Source: Neovahlkampfia damariscottae (lineage: Eukaryota). From it: DNA of 64,000 nt. How positions within the stretch are numbered: position 1 is the stretch's first letter; the number at the start of each line of letters is the position of its first letter. The position numbers and the translations under genes were made by a program. Under the pieces are notes generated by a model. That model made no database searches, was not told where the DNA came from, and saw nothing but the letters and a program-made list of their open reading frames with translations. The stretch is taken from positions 310,001 to 374,000 of the forward strand of contig JABLTG010000002.1 in NCBI GenBank assembly GCA_016618085.1, in the 5' to 3' direction. This document shows positions 48,560 through 60,900 of the stretch, one piece after another.

Positions 48560-50650
48560 TTATTCAAAATAAACCCAAAATTCATTCGGCTCATTTCCTT
48601 CTTCAACAGTGATAATCAAACAATTTGAAAATTTTTTCTTCTCTTTGATGAATTTCTCTCCTAACTCCATTAGATTTCCATTTGTCATTGTTTTTTCATC
48701 AATTCCACGCCAAACGAAAATCACATTTTCATCTTCTGGAGCTAAAACAAATAATTCATCTGAACTTAAATCCAATTTGTTGAAAGTTCCATAATCATCA
48801 AAATAATCATCTTCGTCATAATTGAATAATTTTGCTTTCTTTTTTTTCTTCAATTCTTTTTCTTTTTGGAGAACAAATGAATCTTTCAAATCGAATAGTT
48901 TCAATTCTGGATAAGGAGTTGTCTCGGAAATTCGAGTAAACTTTGGAATTGAAACTTTCCTCAGTGATTTGATAAATTCTTCTGTTTCCAAATCATCATT
49001 TAATATTTCAACTTCGTTTTCAATTTTAATATCATTGATGTATTGAAAACAAGCAATGAACTGCTTTGCACGTTCTTCAAATCCATCTTTCATTTTTGAA
49101 CCAATCCAAATGAAGAATTTTGAATAATTATAAAGAACAAAACAAGTTCTTGAATCAAGTTTCAATGAATCACATAATAAAGGTCCAATCTGTTTGTGAG
49201 ATTTTCCATAATGTGAATTTAATGGTGAGATTCTAAATAACAAAGTTTCCAGAAAATGATTATGAAGGATCAAATTCTCCCATCTCATTAGTTGCACAAT
49301 AAATCCTGCGTTTGGTGAACAAACAGTTCTTTTTGATTTCACGTCTTCATTTAATAATCTAAATGTTTGTCTTTCTTTCCAAATCAAATAAGCAATGACA
49401 AAAGTGCTTGATCTTGAAACTCCTTGCACACAATGAACAAAAACTTTTCCTCCATTTGAAATTGCTGATTCAATGAATTGAACTGCTTCAAAGAATAGTC
49501 CAATGACAGGTTGAACTCCAGCATCAAACAAATTCAATGATTTATAAACAAAATCTTCAGGAAAATATTCATCACATGTGATTTTAGCACAGTTCAAGAT
49601 ATGGGTAATTCCATTGTTGATTAGTTGTTGTTTATTTCTTGCCATATTGTCAGAACCTAAATACAACTGATCTCTGATTTTTGAAATGATTTTCAAGTAA
49701 ATTGGAACTACAGAAGCACCTTGCATTGGTTCAATGATTTGAAACAGTTCATGGTTTTCAGTACTTCTTTGACTTGAACTGGAGCTTGAAATTGGGGTTT
49801 GTGTTGCAACTTTAGGAATAGAAATTCTTCTTGGAGTTCTAGGTGTTTTTTTCCTTTGACTTTCAGTAGATTCAGTTGATTTTCTTTTAGCAGATGAAGT
49901 TTTTGATAAATCCAATGATAATTCTTTCTTGAATGCAGAGTTGTCTATCTTGACCTTCCTCAATTTTTTTAAAATCATTTTTTCTTTTGCTTTGAGTTTT
50001 TCATTTCCAAATAATTCTGGAACTACTAATGGAATTTCATTTGAATATGTTAAATTTTTGAAAAGAAGCATTTTGTTTAGATACGATTTGAACGTTGTAG
50101 AGTCCATTGTTTCACCTGGAAAGTTTTCTTCTATACTTACAGGTTTTCCTTTGTGAAATAATGTTTCCAAATTCAAGTTATTATTCAAATTTCTTTCAAG
50201 TTCACAGCATATTCCGATGCACTCCGCTCTGAGATTGTTTGACGAGTTAATTCCGTTCCACAAATATAAGTCAAAGTCAAAATCGTTTGAAGTGTTTTGA
50301 AAAAGAGAAAATGAGTATTCCAGTCCTCTTGGCGTTAAATTGTTCTTTGCTGATTTTAAAATGGTGTGTATTGTTAATTTCTCTTCTGAATTTTCATACT
50401 GAAAATTTTCATGAAAATGCTTTTTGAAGTGTAACAAAATATAACATTTTTCTGGTTCAAATTGAACAAATTTTTTGAATTGAATTGGATGTATAGTTAA
50501 TTTTTCGACATTTGAATCGTCAAGACTGAACATTTTAATATTTGAAATGAACTTTTCTTGCTGGTGTATACTTTCTTCGGTTGTTGTATCTATGACACTT
50601 TCAAGTAGAATAGGATTTGAGTCCACTGATATAGACGCCAAATTGTCCAT
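48560..50650 (-). CDS. Dual-specificity phosphatase with gelsolin-like domains (plant MKP1-like)
   Basis: LYLGS; GITHILN; VHCVQGVSRS (HCX5R); SPNAGF; LDSRTCF; VEEGNEPNEFW. Confidence 0.9.
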   Translation of the reverse strand: MDNLASISVDSNPILLESVIDTTTEESIHQQEKFISNIKMFSLDDSNVEKLTIHPIQFKKFVQFEPEKCYILLHFKKHFHENFQYENSEEKLTIHTILKSAKNNLTPRGLEYSFSLFQNTSNDFDFDLYLWNGINSSNNLRAECIGICCELERNLNNNLNLETLFHKGKPVSIEENFPGETMDSTTFKSYLNKMLLFKNLTYSNEIPLVVPELFGNEKLKAKEKMILKKLRKVKIDNSAFKKELSLDLSKTSSAKRKSTESTESQRKKTPRTPRRISIPKVATQTPISSSSSSQRSTENHELFQIIEPMQGASVVPIYLKIISKIRDQLYLGSDNMARNKQQLINNGITHILNCAKITCDEYFPEDFVYKSLNLFDAGVQPVIGLFFEAVQFIESAISNGGKVFVHCVQGVSRSSTFVIAYLIWKERQTFRLLNEDVKSKRTVCSPNAGFIVQLMRWENLILHNHFLETLLFRISPLNSHYGKSHKQIGPLLCDSLKLDSRTCFVLYNYSKFFIWIGSKMKDGFEERAKQFIACFQYINDIKIENEVEILNDDLETEEFIKSLRKVSIPKFTRISETTPYPELKLFDLKDSFVLQKEKELKKKKKAKLFNYDEDDYFDDYGTFNKLDLSSDELFVLAPEDENVIFVWRGIDEKTMTNGNLMELGEKFIKEKKKFSNCLIITVEEGNEPNEFWVYFE

Positions 50651-50857
50651 TAAGTCGAGTTTGTTTTCGTCCTGAATAGTTAGACTTGTTTGATTGACGG
50701 TCTCAATCCTATTGGTTCAATTTTTTTGACACGTGTTGTCAACGTTATAATTTTGTTAAAATTTAGAAATTCAATTTATTCAATTAAATTTTCACTCTTT
50801 TAAAATTTGGTCCATTTTTATTTCAAATAAAATCTTGTCAACTATCTTTGACAGAAT

Positions 50858-51779
50858 TTAATCTTTTAATTTTATATTCTTTATGACATGTTTAACTTTT
50901 GACCAGTAAGCAGATTTCATTTTATGTTCATTATTGATTTTGATTTCAGTTTCAATTGAGTAAATGAGAGCTTTTCTTTTTTCAAAAATTGTCTTGTACT
51001 TTTCAACCAACATTTCCAACGATTTTTGTCTCAAGTCTCTTGGTATATGAAAATTTAAACTTAACGGTATTCTTGGTTTATCAATTTTCACGTTTTCATA
51101 AGATTTGAAGTTAATTTCATTTTCAAGAAGATAAGGATCAACTAATTCTAATTTCTTTTCAACCTTCTTTTCAATAATTTTCGGTTTTTGTTTATGTTGC
51201 TTCAGGTGTTCTGGATTTGGATCTAATTTCACTTTTTTTGAATTTTTTTTTGAATCAATAGTTACTTGAGTATGATCAAATGATTCATCTATCTCATTTA
51301 AAAGTGTCATGTCAATGATAGTTGCTGTTTTATTTGTGGATTTTTTTTTTTGTGGTTTTGAATTTTCAACTTCTTGTTGATGTTGTAACTTTCTTTTTTT
51401 TCCTTCCATCTCTTTTTGGGTTTTATAATACTCTGCTATCTCTCTTCTATCATCTTCAAGTGTTGGTTTTTTTTCAGAATTTTTTTTTATTTTCTCTTCT
51501 TCTTCAATTGTTTTATTCAAAAAATTCAAGTCTGAAATAATTTTGGAAATATTTGGTTTTGAATAATTTTCTATTATTTTTTCGACTTTTGAATCCAGTT
51601 GTAAATTTTCTTTTGCGATTTTCATTTCAAAATCAAAAAAAAATTTTTTTTGAGGAATTTCAAGGTTATTTTCTGAATGATAATAAGGACATTTCTCACC
51701 TTTAAAACAAAAACCCTTTTAGTTTAATTATATTTCAGATATTTACTTCTTGGTGATAATCGTTGCATTTTTTTTTCAT
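50858..51779 (-). CDS. CCCH zinc finger protein with REXO1-like helical C-terminal domain (2 exons)
   Basis: MKKKCNDYHQE|GFCFKGEKCPYYH (C-x8-C-x5-C-x3-H across an intron); IPRDLRQKSL...E.KI......SAY....VIKNIK. Confidence 0.7.
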
Positions 51780-51962
51780 TGTCCAATCGGATAATTAGCT
51801 GATAAGTTGATGGACAATTTCGGAATAAAAAATGTGTAGTGAAATTTTTTTTCAAATATATTCAAATACTCATGTTTTTGATCTGTTAGATTTTTGGTGA
51901 CATAAATGGTTAATAGAATTGCCCAATCAATTTTTTCAACACTTCTGACACCTCAAGGAAAA

Positions 51963-54900
51963 ATGAAAATACTTTTATCACTTTGGCTGCTCTTGTATTT
52001 CAGTTGTGAGATATTATCCGCAGTTTCTTTCAGTCGAGTAACTTTAGGAGGTGATCATCTTCATGATTCGAGCTCAGATAGTTCTGGAGTGATTACACTT
52101 CAAGGAGGAAAAAACGGATTAACAACACTGAAACATTTAGGTGTTACTCCGGATCCTGTTATATTTTATAATACAGTAAAAAAAAAATAAAAATAAAATT
52201 CAGCCACTTGGAGGAGATGGAAGTATGACTGTGCTGGTTGGAAAAAACTCAGGATCAGTTTCAAACACCTTTTCAAATACAGCAAATGGAGATATTACAC
52301 TTGGTGGAATCATGGTTTATTTTTTTTTTGTTCTTTAAATTTTTTTCAAAGGTAAGAGAAAACAACAATGGAGATTCAAGAATGGTTACCTTTGGCTTTA
52401 AAAATCAAATTGGTTATTTAAATAACAACCAATATTCCAAAATATATTATCGTACAACCTCAGGACTCGATCCAACTTCCGAACAAGTGTTAAATCCTTT
52501 GTTTGATGGTGGATATCATGGTTATGTGAAGTAACGATTTATTTTAACTTATTTTTTGTCAGAATTACAAGAACTGGAACAACTTTTGAAATTTCTACTT
52601 CTGATGATAAAATTACTTGGTTAGTTGCTAAAACTGTAACATTTGGTGCACTACCGTCTACATTTCGATGGGGTGTATTTCTTGATTGCAGTTCTCAATA
52701 TGTTTTGCTTAACGCACTTGTAAATACTGAAGAAGTCACTTTCCGAGGAATTGAATTTACTGGTTTTTCTTTATGTAGTTCATCTCAATATTATTCATAT
52801 ACAACTCAAAGTTGTGTTTCAATTCGTAATTTTTTTTGGATTATTTCTCACTTTTAATCAGCTTCATTCCTAGAATGTGGTCAAAATAATTGGAGATATC
52901 GCTTCCTATCAGATTCAACTTCAAATGACAATTTACAAGGAACTTATCCAATATTCTCAAAATCATCTTCAACATTAACATTAGCATCAAGCTTTTTAGG
53001 TGCTTATTCAGATACCTCCCATGATAACGTTGTTTATTCTTTTAAAAAAGTTGGTGGAGTCGGAACGATTTCAGCAAAAGTTTTCGGTATTGAATCACCT
53101 GGTGGAGTTATGGTTAAACATAACTTGAAAAATGAAAGAGGAAAACAAGCAGTGATGGCTGCTTGCATTGTTCCACCAGCAGGAAGCCCAATTGTTTTCA
53201 AATATAGAACAACAGCAAATACTAATGCTCAGTCACAAATTGAAAATTCATTCATTGTGGCAAGTGGGGCAGAATATTGGGTTTATCTTGAAATAACAAA
53301 TACAAAAGCATCATGCTATGCATCAGATGACGGATCAACTTTCAATCGAATTGGATCTACTTCATGGACACCTATTGCTTCATATTCAGCAGGAGTGATG
53401 CATTATGGATATGGACAAACATCTAAATCCATCAAATTTTCAAATATTAATCTTATTGGATTCACTGGATTTTGTGATAATCATGGTGATTGTAAAACAG
53501 TAGGAGATATCCTAGATCATTGTGTATGTAAAGGAGGATACTTTGGTGAACAATGCTCTTTATTTACTTGTGGTTCTCCTTCATGTAATGAAAGAGGCAC
53601 ATGTATAGCACCTAATAGTTGCATCTGCGAGACAGGATATGGAGGAAACGTTTGTCAATATCCAAATTGTTATGGAATATTATCAAATGAAACTGCGTCA
53701 TGCAACACTGGCACTTGTACATCACCTGATTCTTGCAATTGCCCATTAACTTATGCAGGAGAAAAATGTCAGTATCCAAGATGCTTTGGAATAGCTTCAA
53801 ATGTAGGTACAGTTTGTTCAGGACATGGAACTTGCTCTTCACCAGATACATGTGTTTGTGATTCAGGATGGGCAGGTAGTGATTGTGATACAAAGTCATG
53901 CAATGGATTGATTGACCCTATAGCATGTTCAGGAGCCAATGGAACTTGTGATACTCCAAATGTGTGCAATTGCACCACAGGTCACATTGGCACTTCATGT
54001 GAATTTAATTTATGTTATGGAAAATCATCGAATGAAGTTAATGTATGTTCTGGACACGGAAATTGTCAAAATCCTGACTCTTGTGTTTGTAACAATGGAT
54101 ACACTGGAACAGAATGTGAAAAACCAATTTGTTTTGGATTGGTTGATCCAATCGCTTGTTCAGTACAAAATGGAACTTGTCAAAATCCAAATGATTGTGC
54201 TTGTACAATAGGTCATATAGGTGCTCAATGTGAGCATAATATTTGCTTTGGAAAAATTTCAAATGATTCAAGTGTATGTTCAGGACATGGCTCATGTCAG
54301 AATCCAGATTCTTGTGCTTGCTTTAGTGGATATACTGGTATTCAGTGTGAAATTCCAATTTGTTATGGTGAAATAGAACCGATTGCTTGCTCTCAAGGAA
54401 ATGGAACTTGTTCTTCACCAAATAATTGCGTTTGTAAACCTGGTTATGCTGGCTCAAGCTGTAATTTGTTTGTATGTAACCATATTCTATCGAATGAAAC
54501 ATCAACTTGCAATGGACAAGGATATTGTATTGGTCCTGATTCTTGTTTATGTAAATCTACATATACTGGACCATTTTGTCAATACCCAATATGTTATGGA
54601 TATTCTTCAATTGAAACAACTAATGTTTGCTCTGGAAATGGTACTTGTGCTTCTCCAAATAATTGTATTTGTAAAAATGGTTACTATGGAGATAATTGCA
54701 ACATTTATAGCTGTAATGGGGTTCTATCAAACGAAACAAACACATGTAGTTCTCATGGAAATTGTATTGGTTTGGATTCTTGTATTTGTGATGCAGGATA
54801 CACTGGACCATATTGTGAATTCAATGTATGTGATGGAATTAGTTCAAACGATTCTCTTGTATGTACTGGATATGGATTATGTGTTGCTCCAGATACATGC

Positions 54901-57900
54901 ATTTGTATAAGTGGATGGAAAAGAACCTTTTGTGATGAATTTACTTGTGAAGATAGAAATTCTTGTTCAACACATGGAAGTTGTGAAGGACCAAACAATT
55001 GTTCTTGCATATCCACATATGGAGGACAAAATTGTTCAGATCCGTATTGTTATGGAACGTTATCAACTGACTCTAATGTTTGTTCTACAAAAGGAAATTG
55101 TATTTCACCAAACAATTGTGAATGTATTTCAGATGGATACACTGGAGATATCTGCAATATCACTATTTGCACGAGTGTAAATGATTGTTCTGACAATGGG
55201 GTTTGTGTTGGTGCCAATAATTGCTCTTGCTTTTCAGGGTGGAAAAACTCAAATTGTAGTTCGTTTCATTGTGATGATGTAAATAACTGTACAAATCCAA
55301 ATGGATTATGCATTGGACCTAATATCTGTAATTGTACTTCACAATGGTCAGGAAATGATTGCAAAAGCCCAGTTTGTTTTTCAGTTTCCAGTTTGAACTC
55401 AAATGCTTGTTCTGGAAATGGAAATTGTACATCACCGGATGTTTGTAGTTGCAAAGAAAATTGGGTTGGGAATAATTGTCACATTGCTGTTTGCAATAAT
55501 CTGAATGCTACAAATCCGACTGTATGTAATTCAAGAGGAAATTGTGTGAGTCCAAATAATTGTAGTTGCAATATTGGTTACACAGGAAATGATTGCCAAT
55601 ATAATTTATGCTATGGAATTTCTTCCGAATTAAATAACGTTTGTTCAAGTCATGGGAGTTGCAATTCACCAAATAATTGCACATGTTCTCCTGAATGGTC
55701 TGGAAAAGAATGTCATTATCCTGTTTGTTATGGTTTCAGTTCTGTGGATATATTTGCTTGTACAAATCAAACTCGAGGAATATGTAGTTCACCAAACAAC
55801 TGTACATGCAACACAGGATATACTGGTTTGAAATGTGAACACAATATATGTTTTGGAATAGCGTCAAATTCGACAAATGTTTGTACCTCTCATGGTAATT
55901 GTACAAAACCAGATATATGTACTTGCGATGCTGGTTTTTATGGAGATAAATGCAAAAATTCTCATCTCTTTGATTTTGTTCAGGAGAAATGTGATCAAGC
56001 AGACAAATGTAAATTGAACATGACCATTTGGGAAGAATGTATTAAAACTATCGGAGTGAAATGTTATTGCGACTCAAATTCACCTTTGAATACAGCTGAT
56101 ACTCAGATTGAATGTGATTCAACTTCTGCAATTACATCAATAAAAATTGAGAATTCAGGACTGAAAAATAATTTACAATCAATGAAAAATTTTGGAGAAC
56201 TGAAAAATTTGAATTTACGGTCTAACTTAGTTGGATCTGGAGCTACTTTTTCGACCATATTCGCATCAAAAATAGAATCGCTGAATCTTGGATTTAACGA
56301 CCTCACAAACATTGCATTGTTCTATCAATTTTATCCAACAGTATTACAAAGTTTTAAATCAATTAATTTAGATGGTAATGGTTTATGTGGAATTATACCT
56401 TCATCATGGATAGATAATCCTACTTTCAATGTTTCTTTGGAAAATCATAATCAAACATTTTGGTGCTCTTCATTTAAATCTACGAATGTTTGTAAAAAAA
56501 TTCAATTGCTGGATAAAAAGTATGTAATGTTTCCACATGAAACAAACATCACATTGAGATATGAACCTCAAAATGTTGATGCTTTTTGTTTGGATTTTCT
56601 GGTTCACTCAAATTTGAAATGCAATGTTAGAAAATTTGATAATGTGAACTCATCAGAATTTGATCATATTTCTACAGGTAAAAATGAGTTCATCACTTGT
56701 CCAAGAGATTTGTACAGTGAAATTAATCAATACATTAATTTTGCTTGGAAATATAGTTCAGGAAAAGTTGAAGTTATTAGCACTGATATTCATCTTTTGA
56801 ATTTACCATTTTCAAATATTTTAGGAACAGATCGTCATTTGATTTACTCAACAAATTCTGGAACAATGCAAGATATATACTTGTTTACAGATCAAAATAT
56901 GACTTTGTACAGGAAGAAGGATACTGATTCAATTCAATGTTTTGTTGCTAAGGATGCAGTTGATGTTTATAATGTTCCCGCAATTTCAACAACTAAAACA
57001 GGAAAAATACTCAAATGTTCAATCAATTTGACTCAACCAGATGACGGAGAAAAACGAATTTATTTAGCAGATTTAAGTAGAAACAAAGTGGTCAACTCAT
57101 TTGTTTCCATTTGGCTTGTAAATCCTCAGGTCATAAATCCAGAATTCTATTCATCGTATGTTGGAAAAATATATCTCCGAGATTCACTTGGAAATAAATT
57201 ACCTGGAAAACAAGGATTTCCTTATGCTTTGACAAATGATGAACATTCTTACTCATTTCCTTGTGCATTTTCATCAGATTTAATCCAATATTGTACAAAG
57301 GAAATAGCTGTTACTTTTGAAAATGATATTTCTATCATTCCTTTGAATTTTACAGATGGAAATTACACAATTTCATCTATTAATACCCTTTTCTACAAGA
57401 AGAACAAAGTTTTGTTGGTTTTTCCAAAAGCTTCTTTGGTAAATCATCCTGTTGATATTTTAGTCATATTTAATACATCCACATTCAATACATCAGTATC
57501 AGGAATCAACTATCAATGTGAAAGTGAATTCAAAAACTTTAGTGCATTTGTAGTCAATGAAACAACCATAAGATGCTTATCTGTTCAATATGATAAAACT
57601 GCCACTTTAATTTTCAATATTGTTCTGATAAAAGATGGATTTAAAGCTGTTATGAATGAAGAAACGTTCAATTATTATGTAATCAAAGCAAACTCAATTT
57701 ATCCATCTATATCAACTGTTTCATTCCAACAAAACAGAATTTTTTCATTTTCATTTGTTGAATCAATTGGACAAGAATTATTTGATCAATTAGAATGCCA
57801 ATTGAATGATGGATCAAAATTCAAAGCAGTTTGGAAATCTAATCAAGATTTCGAGTGCAATATCACTTCAACAAATCATCATAATTTGACATTTTGGTTT

Positions 57901-60900
57901 ATTGATATTCATGGAGATAAGATAAAGTTATCATCAAATGAAATTCAACTTTATCTCTTCAAAACTGGAAGTATTTCATATTCAAACAATAGTTCGCAAT
58001 TTGGATTGACAGGAGGTAAATATGTGTCTACTGTTAAACTTGATTCATCAAATATACCTTCAAAATTTTTTGATGATATTATTTGTCTTGTTGATAACAT
58101 TAAAGTTGAAACTGTGAACATTGGAAACAATCAGTTCAATTGCTCAGTTACTTCTGAAGTTGCAGGTTACAGAAAAATTTCAGTAGATTATCAAACGAAA
58201 AATGCTTTTAAAGTTCCAGGTGTTCACAACACATTTGAAAATAGATTGATGTTATCTTATGATCTGAATGTCACTCAAGGTTTAAATTTAGGATATTTTC
58301 TTAATACACAAATCCTGATAAAAAATGGAGAAATCAAAAATGATTGTAGTGATATCATTGCAACATTCAATAATTCTCGAATTTTCACCAAAATAACAGA
58401 TTGTAATACCACGAATACCAAAATTCAATTTGCAGTTCAAAAATCTGAAATTCATTCTCCGACAACTAGTTATGCATTGTATTATGGAAACAAGATTATT
58501 GAATCTATTTCAGGAACAATTGCTTCAACAACTTATTCCACCGCACCAACAGCAACATTATCAACTATTTCAACAGTAAAACTGAACAATGCCGACATTG
58601 AATTTGGATTTTTAAAACAATTTGATATTCAATCCATTGATCCATTAGCTGCATTGATCACAAATTCAACAGTAAATATAACGACCAATTATAGTCCAAT
58701 TGATTATTCTGGAAGAGTTAAATTTCAAATGAGTTATGAAGGAAACAAATTTGATGCAGAGTTTGATGGAAAAACATTCAACTCGATTGTTTTTGCAAAC
58801 AAAAAACAAACAATTCATCTTTCTATTTGGGTGATTTATCTACCAACTCAACAATTATTTTCTGCAAGTAACAATAGCATTTCATTCATCTTTATGGGTA
58901 AACCAATTTTACATTTCTTATATTTTAGAATTAATACCTGCTTTATATTTGTATCCATTTGCAGATAAATATACAATCACTTCAAATTCAAAAACAAGTG
59001 CAATACAAGTTTATTTGGCATCCAATATATCAACAGAAACTGGATTAAATTGTGCAACAAAAATCAATGGAACAACAAAATATTCCATGGGGAAAACAAA
59101 TGGTACAATGTCTTTGATTGAATGTTCATTATTAGTTGATGATTTATCTTCAATTACTGAATTTGTGTTAATTGATCTTTACATGAATGTTTCATCAAAT
59201 CCTGAAAAGAACTTTATTGTCACAAGAAATGCATTGACTTATGTTTTTTTCAAAGGTAAATATTCATTTTACTCATATTTTTCAAGAACCAATTTTACTC
59301 AACATTCCTGCAACTATTGACAAGAACTATTTCAATCAAGAATTTTCCATCAATTTTGATGATCCACTTAAAAATGAATCAAACAAAATGAGTTATTCAA
59401 GTTATAACTTTCGAGTAATTCCTGAATTTCAAAATCCAGAAACAAATTTACTTTGTACTTATAATTCTTCCAAACCTGTTTGTCGTATTCAAAACTTAAC
59501 ATCAACATATTCACCAAATAAATTGAATTATAAGATGTATGTTTTTTCACCACACTTTTCAGATAATGTTACAATTGATATGTCTTCAAATTACTTCAAA
59601 CAAAACATAAGTTTCTTAAGCGAGCTTCCTTTTGTAGCAGATGCAATCAAGCATATTGATACCACATTGACTGTCAATTTCAAAGTGAACAAGTACCTCC
59701 ATGAAAGTTTCACATTTTTTTGTCGCATTTATGGTACAGATACAGTAATTACAAAACAAGGTGCACTTGGAGATACTTTTACTTGTTCATTTAATTCACG
59801 TGGTTTTGAAGAAGTAGTTATTATTTCTATTGTCATAAAAGGAAGTGGAGTTATTGGTTTGGATGGCTTGATTTCAGAGTCAGATTCTAAGATTCATATG
59901 GTTTCATTGAAATTTGTCCCAGAATATTCTGAATTGAACGAATCAACATCATTATTAATTACAAAGAATAACTCAAATATTTTTGCAATTCCATCAAATT
60001 ACCAATCATTTATTTATGGAATTCAATCAGTTGATAATCAATATTCGTTTGATTGTTCAATACAACAAAATCAACTCAATTGCTCAAAGGGAAAAATCAA
60101 TGAGAGTCCAACAGATATTTTTTCACTGCCTTTTCAAATAACCTACAGAATAAGTGAAGGTGGAGCGTTACAAACTTTGGTTGGAGTTAGACAAGGATTG
60201 TTGATGTATGAGCATCATGAAATTGTAGATTTCTTTCCACTTGCATCATTGGTCAATACTAATGTCAGTATTACAGCAACATTTGATGACAGAACATTTA
60301 AGACTTCAATTTTGCAAAAATTCAGATATTTTTGCATGTCAAATACTTCATCATGGGAAGGAATCAAAATTTCTGATACTTCCATCAAATGTCCAATTAT
60401 TTATGCAGATCATATGACTAACGAATTCAGAATTCAAAGTTTCATAAAGGTACCAAGTTTCGCAGGAGAAAAGGAAATTCGTATCACTGTAAATGAGTCG
60501 CGTTTGCCATTCTATTACCTACAACCTGCTATCATTAGTTTTGGTGTTGATCAACTTCAGTTTTTCTACACTGAAACTTTAGTTGATTTAACAGTGAATG
60601 TTGGTCAACTTATTCCGTCAAGCTTGAATCAATATTTGTTTTTGAAATTCTCAGATTCTTCTGGATTTGCTTCACAAAATAACTTCTCTTCAAATGGAAT
60701 ATTCACTTATGGAAATAGTTCTACATCAACGACAACTGGAGGATCAAAAAATTTGACGTTATGGTACAAACACAATGATTATCAATTTCAATTGTCATCA
60801 AATTCACTTGATATCATTTTTGCAAGAATTTCTCAAATTACTGGAATTGAACCATTAGTTGCTATTGTAAATCGTACAAACAGTTTAACAGTAAATTCCG

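Noticed and set aside
53470..55955. Regular ~115-nt periodic repeats as a CRISPR-like or satellite array
   Set aside because: They are degenerate EGF-coding repeats within an ORF.
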